Source of the DNA: Nitrosococcus watsonii C-113
Lineage (GTDB): Bacteria; Pseudomonadota; Gammaproteobacteria; Nitrosococcales; Nitrosococcaceae
DNA: 32,000 nt
Assembly: GCF_000143085.1 (NCBI RefSeq)
Contig: NC_014315.1
Span: forward strand, 638,307 to 670,306
Direction: 5' to 3'
In this document: piece after piece, positions 24,368-32,000 of the stretch
Numbering within the stretch: position 1 is the first letter of the stretch
Layout: each line of letters begins with the position of its first letter
Program-made: the position numbers and the translations under genes
Notes under the pieces: generated by a model
What the model saw: only the letters and a program-made list of their open reading frames with translations
Told to the model about the DNA's origin: nothing
Database searches by the model: none

Positions 24368-25846
24368 TTAGCGGAAGGAACCAGTTAGGCCGGCCTCGGC
24401 CAAGGCTACTGCTCGAAAGATGGCTCGCCCCTTATTCAAGGTTTCTTCCCACTCGCTCTGAGGTACCGAGTCATAGACGATTCCCGCGCCTGCTTGAATA
24501 TGAAGAATCTGATCTTTAATGATTGCGGTACGAATAGCAATTGCTGTATCCACGTTGCCTGACCAAGCAAGATAGCCCACGGCGCCGGCATAGATTCCCC
24601 GCTGAATAGGTTCTAATTCATCAATGATTTCCATCGCTCGTATTTTGGGAGCGCCAGAGACCGTACCTGCAGGAAAAGTTGCGCGTAAGACATCCATGGC
24701 TGAGAACTCCGGTTTAAGTTGGCCGGTTACATTAGAGACGATATGCATAACATGAGAATAGCGTTCGATAAGCATTTTTTCGGTTACGCTGACACTGCCA
24801 ATGGTGGCTATCCGGCCAACATCATTTCGGCCAAGATCAATGAGCATCCGGTGTTCTGCCAGTTCCTTAGGGTCAGCGAGCAACTCTTGTTCCAGCGCTC
24901 GATCTTCTTCTTCGCTCCTACCACGACGCCGGGTGCCAGCGATGGGGCGTACGGTAACCGCACTATCCTCTAGGCGTACTAGGATCTCAGGAGATGAGCC
25001 CACCACATGGAAGTCTTCTAGGTTCAAATAGAACATGTAGGGAGAAGGGTTGAGGCAACGTAGTGCCCGGTATAGGTTTAAGGGAGAGGCGGAAAAAGGC
25101 ACCGAGAGTCGTTGGGAGAGCACTACTTGCATCACATCACCGTTAGTAATGTATTGACGCGCCTTATCGACTGCCGCCTTAAAGGCTTGCTCTGTAAACT
25201 CAGAGATAAAATCATCTTCTAGGACTATGCGGGAGGGAGCCATAGTATGGCGGGTAGGGACGCTTGCCCGTAGACGATTTTCTAGGATATCCAAGCGTTG
25301 TTGGCCTTTTGTGTAGTCTTCGGGGCCACAGTGAATAATAAGGTAGAGCTTACCACTCAGATTGTCAAAAACAACAATTTCGTTAGAAACAAGTAGCAGT
25401 ATATCTGGCGTTTCCAAGGAGTCGGACTTTTTCCAATGGGCAAGCTTAGGCTCGATATAGCGGATCGTATCATAGCCAAAATACCCTACGAGGCCGCCTG
25501 TAAAGCGAGGCAAAGAGTCAATGGCCGGGATTTTAAAGCGTTGCTTAAAAGTTTCTACCCAGGCCAGTGGATCATGGGTATGATAAGTTTCTTCAATGCG
25601 GTGATCGGTTTCAACAACTATTTCATATTTCTGCACCTTAACTACCGTGCGGCACGGCAGGCCGATAAATGAATACCGGCCCCATTTTTCGCCGCCATGG
25701 ACGGATTCTAGTAAATAGGAGTAAGGGCCATCAGCCAGTTTGAGATAAGTGCTAAGCGGGGTATCTAGATCAGCTAAAACCTCCCGTACAAGGGGAATAT
25801 GATTATAACCTTGAGCAGCAAGCTGTTTGAATTGTTCGACTTTCAT
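24368..25846 (-). CDS. trpE: Anthranilate synthase component I
   Basis: 492 aa with a chorismate-binding domain ([25 protein letters not shown]) and the N-terminal LLES regulatory motif. Confidence 0.95.
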   Translation of the reverse strand: MKVEQFKQLAAQGYNHIPLVREVLADLDTPLSTYLKLADGPYSYLLESVHGGEKWGRYSFIGLPCRTVVKVQKYEIVVETDHRIEETYHTHDPLAWVETFKQRFKIPAIDSLPRFTGGLVGYFGYDTIRYIEPKLAHWKKSDSLETPDILLLVSNEIVVFDNLSGKLYLIIHCGPEDYTKGQQRLDILENRLRASVPTRHTMAPSRIVLEDDFISEFTEQAFKAAVDKARQYITNGDVMQVVLSQRLSVPFSASPLNLYRALRCLNPSPYMFYLNLEDFHVVGSSPEILVRLEDSAVTVRPIAGTRRRGRSEEEDRALEQELLADPKELAEHRMLIDLGRNDVGRIATIGSVSVTEKMLIERYSHVMHIVSNVTGQLKPEFSAMDVLRATFPAGTVSGAPKIRAMEIIDELEPIQRGIYAGAVGYLAWSGNVDTAIAIRTAIIKDQILHIQAGAGIVYDSVPQSEWEETLNKGRAIFRAVALAEAGLTGSFR

Positions 25847-25903
25847 GGTTGTGGCTTCCAGCGTTCAGCGTTAAAAAATAACTTTGGCAGATTTAGTAGG
25901 AGA

Positions 25904-25963
25904 TTAGTCCCACCATCGTTTTATTTTCCGCCATAAACTGTTCGTCTGGAAGTCAATAACCAT
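25904..25963 (-). CDS. Candidate tryptophan leader peptide (19 aa, MVIDFQTNSLWRKIKRWWD)
   Basis: Below the ORF-track cutoff. It has 3 Trp in 19 residues, with tandem TGG TGG two codons before the stop. It lies in the 126-nt gph-trpE gap, starting 10 nt after the gph stop. A U-tract (TTATTTTTT on the minus strand, 25872-25880) follows. No SD sequence is visible. Confidence 0.45.
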   Translation of the reverse strand: MVIDFQTNSLWRKIKRWWD

Positions 25964-25972
25964 GTTATGTTT

Positions 25973-26650
25973 CTAAGCCGCTTGGCTCAATAAGTTTTTG
26001 ATCTCAGCTAAAGAATCGATGACACTATCCGGCTGGCTATCGCGGATATCCACGCCATGATTATAGCCATAACTGAGGCAGACAATCTGGAAATTAGCCG
26101 CCCTTGCTGCTTTTACATCACTAATGGAATCCCCAATCATCAGCGCCTTCTCAGGGGCGATACCGAAGTGGTTAGCCGCATGGAGCAAGGGGGCAGGATG
26201 AGGTTTTTTCTCCGGCAATGTATCGCCGCTAATGACTATCTCAAAATAGTCAATTATTCCTAGCTCTGTAAGTAGAGGATAGGTAAACTGGGACGCCTTA
26301 TTAGTAACACAGCCTACACGATACCCTTGGGATTTTAACCAGGCTAATCCCTCGTTCACCCCCGGATAGAGATGACTACGCTTGCTTGTGTTATCTGCGT
26401 AGAGAGCCAGAAAAATGGTTTCAGCCTTTTGATACAAATCTTCTTCCGGTTCTCCCTCCATATTATCGACCAAGGCCCGCTTAATGAGCCGTTCTACGCC
26501 GTTACCTACCCATTGTCGGACTTTATTTTCTCCCCGCGGGGGCAGACCTAACTGCTCCATCATGGTATCGGTACAAAAGGTTAGATCCGGTACGCTGTCT
26601 ACCAAAGTACCGTCCACGTCAATAAGAATCATTTCAGGTTGTTTCAGCAT
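25973..26650 (-). CDS. gph: Phosphoglycolate phosphatase (HAD family)
   Basis: 225 aa with the IDVDGTLVDS motif I and GDSISD motif. It sits directly downstream of rpe, the usual rpe-gph (cbbE-cbbZ-like) pairing. Confidence 0.86.
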   Translation of the reverse strand: MLKQPEMILIDVDGTLVDSVPDLTFCTDTMMEQLGLPPRGENKVRQWVGNGVERLIKRALVDNMEGEPEEDLYQKAETIFLALYADNTSKRSHLYPGVNEGLAWLKSQGYRVGCVTNKASQFTYPLLTELGIIDYFEIVISGDTLPEKKPHPAPLLHAANHFGIAPEKALMIGDSISDVKAARAANFQIVCLSYGYNHGVDIRDSQPDSVIDSLAEIKNLLSQAA

Positions 26651-26697
26651 TTTCGCTATTTATTTTGTCTTCTGAAAATTTATATATTGTTCGTTTA

Positions 26698-27369
26698 TTA
26701 TCCTACCTTGGCCAGCTCAGCGCGCATCTCGCCAATGGTGGTCTTATAATTCTCACTTTGGAAAATTGCGGAACCCGCTACAAAGGTATCGGCGCCTGCC
26801 ATTGCAACTTGCTGGATATTATCTATCTTGATACCGCCATCAATTTCAAGGCGAATAGGGTAGCCGCTGGCATCAATAATCCGCCGTGCCTCGCGCAATT
26901 TGTCGAGTGCCGTGGGGATGAATTTTTGCCCACCAAAACCTGGATTCACCGACATGATAAGTACCATATCCACTTTATCTATGACATATTTGAGATAATC
27001 GAGGGAAGTGGCTGGATTAAATACCAAGCCGGATTTGCAACCCTCGTCTCGAATTAGCTGCAGAGTCCGGTCAATATGTTCGGAAGCTTCCGGATGAAAA
27101 GTAATATAATTTGCCCCTGCTTTGGCAAAATCAGGGGCGATTCGATCCACGGGCTTTACCATGAGATGAACGTCGATGTCAGCGGTGATGCCGTGTTTGC
27201 GTAGGGCTTCGCAGACGAGAGGACCGATAGTTAGATTGGGGACATAATGGTTATCCATAACGTCAAAATGCACGATATCGGCACCCGCTTCTAATACTGC
27301 GGTCACTTCTTCCCCCAAGCGGGCGAAATCGGCTGATAGGATAGAGGGGGCAATTTTATAATCGGCCAT
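26698..27369 (-). CDS. rpe: Ribulose-phosphate 3-epimerase
   Basis: 223 aa with the blocks [31 protein letters not shown] and DGG. Confidence 0.95.
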   Translation of the reverse strand: MADYKIAPSILSADFARLGEEVTAVLEAGADIVHFDVMDNHYVPNLTIGPLVCEALRKHGITADIDVHLMVKPVDRIAPDFAKAGANYITFHPEASEHIDRTLQLIRDEGCKSGLVFNPATSLDYLKYVIDKVDMVLIMSVNPGFGGQKFIPTALDKLREARRIIDASGYPIRLEIDGGIKIDNIQQVAMAGADTFVAGSAIFQSENYKTTIGEMRAELAKVG

Positions 27370-27554
27370 ATTTACTATACCTCTTTACAGAATATATTGG
27401 CTTTTGGAGTTGGGTAGTTTTCGGCTCAGTAAATTTGCGCACTTTACCCTATTATCGGTCATTTTTCAGCTTTACTCTGAAAAAAGCGGAAATTTACCCA
27501 GCAAAATTGAAAATCTTAAATTGACGCTTATCAGGAAATACTTTACTAAATTGC

Positions 27555-27599
27555 TTGGTTTTGAACTTAATTAGGACTATAATAGTCCTACATTAGGAC
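27555..27599 (+). promoter_or_regulatory. Predicted promoter (TTGGTT-N17-TATAAT) with an overlapping palindromic operator for the Rrf2/suf operon
   Basis: -35 at 27555-27560 and -10 TATAAT at 27578-27583. A perfect 9-1-9 palindrome, TAGGACTAT-A-ATAGTCCTA (27572-27590), spans the -10. A third TTAGGAC half-site lies at 27593-27599, and GGAGG SD at 27601-27605. Confidence 0.55.
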
Positions 27600-27610
27600 C
27601 GGAGGCTCCT

Positions 27611-28087
27611 ATGCTCCGCATGAGTAAAATGACCGATTACGCTATTGTGTTGATGACACGTTTGGCGATGGATCCGAAGGGCCAGCATGCCGCAACGGAT
27701 TTATCCGCTCAAGTAGAAATGCCCTTGCCGACAGTGAGCAAAATCCTTAAACAATTGGCTCGGGCAGGATTATTAGTGTCGTCCCGGGGTGCCCAAGGCG
27801 GTTACAGTTTAGGAAAGTCGCCCGAGGCAATCTCAGTAGCCGAAATTATTACGATCCTAGAGGGACCTATTGGTTTAACGGAGTGCGTCAGCACACCGGG
27901 AGAGTGTGGACAGGAAGCCCATTGTGCCACCCGTGCTCACTGGGAACAGATTAACCAAGCGGTCTACGGAGCATTAAATGAGATTAAATTGTCTGATATG
28001 GTTCAACCGATGGGAGCATATCCTATCCGATTTCGCCAGCTTACCAGACATTCAAGACCGTTACCTACAGATAATACGACGAGATAA
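27611..28087 (+). CDS. Rrf2-family (IscR-like) transcriptional regulator heading the suf operon
   Basis: 158 aa with an N-terminal MLRMSKMTDYAIVLMTRLA wHTH start typical of Rrf2 proteins. The Cys cluster C-x6-C-x5-C (CVSTPGECGQEAHC) is suited to Fe-S ligation. Confidence 0.86.
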   Translation: MLRMSKMTDYAIVLMTRLAMDPKGQHAATDLSAQVEMPLPTVSKILKQLARAGLLVSSRGAQGGYSLGKSPEAISVAEIITILEGPIGLTECVSTPGECGQEAHCATRAHWEQINQAVYGALNEIKLSDMVQPMGAYPIRFRQLTRHSRPLPTDNTTR

Positions 28088-28102
28088 CTGCGGGAGTAGG
28101 CT

Positions 28103-29551
28103 ATGACTAATTCGACCCTTAAGGTTGAAAATCTTGTTCAAAAAGAATATCGAGCTGGTTTTATCACCGATATTGAGGCGGATTCTATTCCACCAGGACT
28201 CAACGAGAACGTTATTCGTCTCATCTCTAGCAAGAAGAATGAGCCAGAATTTATGTTGGAATGGCGCCTCAAAGCCTACCGTCATTGGTTGGAGATGAAA
28301 ACGCCGGAGTGGGCGCATGTGCATTATCCACCCGTTGATTATCAATCCATTATTTATTATTCCGCGCCCAAGTCCAAAAAAGATGGTCCTAAAAGTTTGG
28401 ATGAAGTTGATCCAAAACTACTTGAAACCTATGAGAAACTGGGGGTGCCGCTGCATGAACGGGCGCGGCTTGCGGGAGTTGCCGTGGACGCGGTCTTTGA
28501 TAGTGTTTCGGTAGCAACGACTTTCAAGGAGAAGCTATCTGAAGCAGGCGTAATTTTTTGCCCCTTTTCCGAGGCGGTACGGGACCATCCCGAGCTGGTG
28601 GAAAAATATCTTGGCACAGTGGTACCCTGCCGGGATAATTTTTATGCTGCTTTAAATTCAGCCGTTTTTAGCGATGGCTCTTTCGTTTATGTGCCTAAGG
28701 GGGTTCGCTGTCCTTTAGAGCTGTCCACCTATTTCCGCATCAACGCTGCCCAAACGGGTCAATTTGAGCGCACGCTTATCATTGCCGATGAAGGCGCTCA
28801 TGTTAGTTATCTCGAAGGTTGTACCGCTCCGATGCGTGATGAGAACCAGCTTCACGCCGCAGTGGTAGAGCTTGTAGCCTTAGGCAATGCCGAGATTAAA
28901 TACTCCACGGTACAAAATTGGTATCCCGGCGATGAAGAAGGCCGGGGTGGAATTTACAATTTTGTGACTAAACGAGGGGCGTGCCGGGGAGCAAATGCTA
29001 AGATTTCCTGGACTCAGGTAGAAACCGGCTCAGCCATCACCTGGAAATACCCGAGCGTTATTCTGCAAGGAGATAACTCGGTGGGGGAATTCTATTCGGT
29101 TGCCCTTACCAATAATTTTCAGCAAGCAGATACCGGCACCAAAATGATTCATATGGGACGCAATACCCGTAGCACTATTATTTCTAAAGGAATTTCCGCT
29201 GGGCGAGGACAAAATGCTTATCGGGGATTGGTGCGGGTAACCCCCACTGCCGTGGGCGCGCGTAATTATACTCAGTGCGATTCTTTGCTTTTAGGAGATC
29301 GGTGCGGCGCCCATACCTTCCCCTACATTGAGGTGAAACATCCTTCGGCGCAGGTGGAGCATGAAGCATCGACCTCTAAGATTAGCGAGGATCAGCTATT
29401 TTACTGTAAGCAGCGGGGAATCTCCGCCGAGGATGCCATTTCCATGATTGTGAATGGCTTTTGTAAAGAAGTGTTCAAGGAATTGCCCATGGAGTTTGCG
29501 GTAGAAGCCCGAAACCTATTGAGCGTGAGTCTGGAAGGAGCAGTAGGCTAA
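28103..29551 (+). CDS. sufB: Fe-S cluster assembly scaffold protein SufB
   Basis: 482 aa with the SufB/SufD beta-helix core ([36 protein letters not shown]). Confidence 0.95.
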   Translation: MTNSTLKVENLVQKEYRAGFITDIEADSIPPGLNENVIRLISSKKNEPEFMLEWRLKAYRHWLEMKTPEWAHVHYPPVDYQSIIYYSAPKSKKDGPKSLDEVDPKLLETYEKLGVPLHERARLAGVAVDAVFDSVSVATTFKEKLSEAGVIFCPFSEAVRDHPELVEKYLGTVVPCRDNFYAALNSAVFSDGSFVYVPKGVRCPLELSTYFRINAAQTGQFERTLIIADEGAHVSYLEGCTAPMRDENQLHAAVVELVALGNAEIKYSTVQNWYPGDEEGRGGIYNFVTKRGACRGANAKISWTQVETGSAITWKYPSVILQGDNSVGEFYSVALTNNFQQADTGTKMIHMGRNTRSTIISKGISAGRGQNAYRGLVRVTPTAVGARNYTQCDSLLLGDRCGAHTFPYIEVKHPSAQVEHEASTSKISEDQLFYCKQRGISAEDAISMIVNGFCKEVFKELPMEFAVEARNLLSVSLEGAVG

Positions 29552-29576
29552 TAGTAAGAGTAAGAGGTTTTCTTAA

Positions 29577-30353
29577 ATGCTAACTATCAGAAACTTACAT
29601 ACCCAGGTGGATGATAAACCCATCTTGCGGGGTATTGATTTGCAAGTGAATCCCGGTGAGGTGCATGCCATTATGGGACCCAATGGCTCGGGCAAGAGTA
29701 CCTTGGCCAATGTCCTGGCGGGGCGTGAGGGTTACGAAGTAACCGCGGGGGAGGTGCTTTATCAAGGTCAGAGCTTATTGGACTTGGCCCCGGAAGAGCG
29801 CGCTTGCGCGGGAATTTTCCTGGCATTCCAATATCCCGTGGAAATTCCTGGCGTAAGCAATGTCTATTTATTGAAAACAGCTTTGAATGCTGTGCGCAAG
29901 CATCGCGGACTCCCTGAGCTTGATGCCATAGATTTTCTGGCTCTAGTGCGAGAAAAAATGAAGCTGGTGAAAATGGATGAAAGTTTCCTGCAGCGAGCGG
30001 TTAATGAAGGCTTCTCGGGAGGTGAAAAAAAACGTAACGAAATTCTGCAGATGGCGATTTTGGAGCCCGCATTGGCGATTTTGGATGAGACTGATTCCGG
30101 GTTGGATATCGACGCCCTCAAGATTGTTGCCGATGGAGTCAATGCCCTGCGGAGCCCGGAGCGGGGGCTTATCCTTGTGACTCATTACCAGCGCCTCCTA
30201 GATTACATTGTGCCAGATTATGTCCATGTACTTTCCCAGGGCCGTATCGTGAAATCCGGAGATAAAACGTTAGCTTTGGAACTGGAGAAGGAAGGTTACG
30301 GTTGGATTGAGCAAGGTGAAGGTGCCACTACGGCGGGGGCTACCGTATTATGA
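29577..30353 (+). CDS. sufC: Fe-S cluster assembly ATPase SufC
   Basis: 258 aa with Walker [10 protein letters not shown], signature FSGGEKKR and Walker [11 protein letters not shown]. Confidence 0.95.
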   Translation: MLTIRNLHTQVDDKPILRGIDLQVNPGEVHAIMGPNGSGKSTLANVLAGREGYEVTAGEVLYQGQSLLDLAPEERACAGIFLAFQYPVEIPGVSNVYLLKTALNAVRKHRGLPELDAIDFLALVREKMKLVKMDESFLQRAVNEGFSGGEKKRNEILQMAILEPALAILDETDSGLDIDALKIVADGVNALRSPERGLILVTHYQRLLDYIVPDYVHVLSQGRIVKSGDKTLALELEKEGYGWIEQGEGATTAGATVL

Positions 30354-31690
30354 AAGGGATCAGTGAGGCTTGGCAGCCCTATGTGGATTCCTATGCCCGC
30401 CTGGAACCGGATCTAGCGGGGTCAAATCTACCCTGGCTGCGAGAATTACGCCAGCAGGCATTAGCGCGTTTTATCTCCCTCGGTTTTCCTGGTCCCAAGC
30501 ATGAGGACTGGAAATATACGCGAGTCCGTACGCTGGCCGAGACTGCCTTTACCTCGGCGGTTTCTTCATCGATAGCGGTCAGTCTAGAACAATGTCAGCG
30601 GTATTTTTTAGCAGAGACGCCCTGTTTCCGGTTGGTATTTGTTGATGGTGGCTTTGCCCCCGGGTTATCGGAGGTTGCAGATCTCCCGGCTGGCGCAGTG
30701 GTGGGCAATTTAGCCAGCTGTTTCAAACAGCAGGCGGAAAGCCTGCGTGGGGTATTGGCCAGTTATGCGGACTATCAAAATCAGCCTTTCACCGCGCTTA
30801 ATACCGCCTTCATGGCCGATGGCGCTTATCTTTATTTACCCCCCAGAACCGTGTTGACCAAGCCGGTACATCTGATATTTCTGACCACGGGTCGTAGTAA
30901 GGCCGTTGTGACTCACCCCCGTAATTTGATAGTTCTTGAACCAGAGAGTGAACTGACGGTTATTGAGCACCATGCTGGGTTAAATGATGCCGTGTATTTC
31001 ACAAATACGGTCACCGAAATAGTCGTGGGAAAGGGTGCTAGCGTTGAGCATATCAAACTGCAAGAAGAATCAGCTAAAAGCTTTCATATTGCTACGGTAC
31101 AGGTCCAGCAGGAACAAGATGCGCAGTTTCTTTCCCGTAATCTGGCCTTGGGGGGCCGGCTAGCTCGTAACGATATCAATAGCGTATTGGCGGGAGAGGG
31201 CGCCGGGTGCATTTTAGAGGGACTCTATGCTTTAGATGGTGTACGTCATGTGGATAACCATACGAGAGTTGACCATCAACAGCCCCATACCACTAGCCAG
31301 GAATTCTACAAAGGAATTTTAGAGGGTAAATCGCGAGCGGTCTTTAATGGCAAAGTAATTGTTCATCCTCATGCGCAAAAAGCGGATGCCTGCCAGGCCA
31401 ACCGCAATTTGCTGCTGTCGGAAGGGGCTGAAGTCGATACCAAACCAGAACTGGAAATCTACGCTGACGATGTTAAGTGTGCTCATGGGGCCACGGTCGG
31501 GCAATTGGATAAAGATCAAATTTTCTATCTTCGCTCCCGCGGGATGAAAGAGGACGCGGCGCGTCAGCTCTTGACCTATGCTTTTGTCGAAGAGATTGCT
31601 AGGCGTATCAAACTACGCCCTATTCGCACCCGTATCGAACATAGATTAAGCGCGCAATTTTCTGAACAACAGCGCAAGGAGGTGGGTTGA
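30350..31690 (+). CDS. sufD: Fe-S cluster assembly protein SufD
   Basis: 446 aa paralogous to SufB. Its ATGA start overlaps the sufC stop. Confidence 0.92.
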   Translation: MKGISEAWQPYVDSYARLEPDLAGSNLPWLRELRQQALARFISLGFPGPKHEDWKYTRVRTLAETAFTSAVSSSIAVSLEQCQRYFLAETPCFRLVFVDGGFAPGLSEVADLPAGAVVGNLASCFKQQAESLRGVLASYADYQNQPFTALNTAFMADGAYLYLPPRTVLTKPVHLIFLTTGRSKAVVTHPRNLIVLEPESELTVIEHHAGLNDAVYFTNTVTEIVVGKGASVEHIKLQEESAKSFHIATVQVQQEQDAQFLSRNLALGGRLARNDINSVLAGEGAGCILEGLYALDGVRHVDNHTRVDHQQPHTTSQEFYKGILEGKSRAVFNGKVIVHPHAQKADACQANRNLLLSEGAEVDTKPELEIYADDVKCAHGATVGQLDKDQIFYLRSRGMKEDAARQLLTYAFVEEIARRIKLRPIRTRIEHRLSAQFSEQQRKEVG

Positions 31691-32000
31691 TGACAATTGC
31701 TAACATGGCGGCTGAAGCACCTATAGTCAGCGTCCCTTTTGAGATTGAGCGAGTCCGCGCCGATTTCCCTGTTTTGCGGCAGGAAGTACATGGGAAGCCT
31801 CTAGTTTACCTAGATAATGCGGCGACGATGCAAAAACCTAGGCAAGTTACTGAGGCGATTGATCACTATTACCGTTGGGATAATGCTAATATCCACCGTG
31901 CTGTGCATCAGCTTAGCGAACGGGCGACCCAGGCATACGAGGCAGCGAGGAATAAAGTGCAGCACTTTATTAACGCTGCTCAGCGGGAAGAAATCGTGTT
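31690..32000 (+). CDS. sufS: Cysteine desulfurase SufS (N-terminal part; the 3' end lies outside the window)
   Basis: The ATG overlaps the sufD TGA (TGATGA context). The N-terminus reads FPVLRQEVHGKPLVYLDNAATMQKP, typical of SufS/CsdA class V aminotransferases. Confidence 0.85.
   Translation, partial: MTIANMAAEAPIVSVPFEIERVRADFPVLRQEVHGKPLVYLDNAATMQKPRQVTEAIDHYYRWDNANIHRAVHQLSERATQAYEAARNKVQHFINAAQREEIV

Noticed and set aside
1-32000. I scanned the whole window for CRISPR arrays, tRNA/rRNA genes, IS elements or transposases, integrases, toxin-antitoxin pairs and known defence-system signatures.
   Set aside because: No regularly spaced direct repeats, cloverleaf-like segments, terminal inverted repeats flanking a transposase-like ORF, or recombinase motifs were seen. 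The window appears to be core chromosome, apart from the small AT-rich islet at 20584-21898.

Overview
This 32-kb chromosomal segment looks like a Nitrosococcus-type gammaproteobacterial ammonia oxidiser. That assignment rests on recalled AmoA/AmoB sequence blocks, the amoC-amoA-amoB-amoD gene order and roughly 50% GC judged by eye; no search was run.

Centre of the window: the ammonia monooxygenase cluster amoC (16653-17438), amoA (17725-18468), amoB (about 18525-19784) and an amoD/orf5-like gene (20020-20583).

Most interesting accessory content: a two-gene copper operon lies one divergent gene (serB) upstream of amo.
- A membrane-anchored multicopper oxidase (12331-14022) whose ligand-motif order matches type-C two-domain MCOs.
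- A membrane-anchored cupredoxin with a histidine/methionine-rich N-terminal region (14030-15049).

Other content:
- Flanks, plus strand: pssA (partial), leuA, family-4 uracil-DNA glycosylase, rimI, a DUF4010/MgtC-like membrane protein, a NUDIX hydrolase (minus strand), a TauE/SafE permease, the prkA-yeaH-spoVR module, and an Rrf2 regulator with sufBCD and sufS (partial).
- Flanks, minus strand: rpe-gph-trpE-trpG-trpD-trpC.
- An AT-richer (by eye) pair of orphan genes, a lipoprotein and a small membrane protein, sits between amoD and trpC and is bracketed by strong hairpins.

Non-coding and small-ORF observations found by reading the sequence:
- A paralogous structured intergenic element is shared by the cupredoxin/serB spacer and the amoC-amoA spacer.
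- The amoC-amoA spacer holds three stem-loops.
- A strong terminator-like hairpin lies between amoB and amoD.
- There is a candidate sigma70 promoter for amoC.
- There is a candidate Leu leader peptide with a hairpin upstream of leuA.
- There is a candidate Trp leader peptide (tandem TGG TGG) between gph and trpE.
- A 9-1-9 palindromic operator overlaps the -10 box of the Rrf2/suf promoter.
- A 37-aa membrane-peptide ORF has its own promoter and Shine-Dalgarno (SD) sequence.

No rRNA, tRNA, CRISPR array, transposase or integrase was seen. All functional calls come from motif recognition and memory of protein families, not from database searches.
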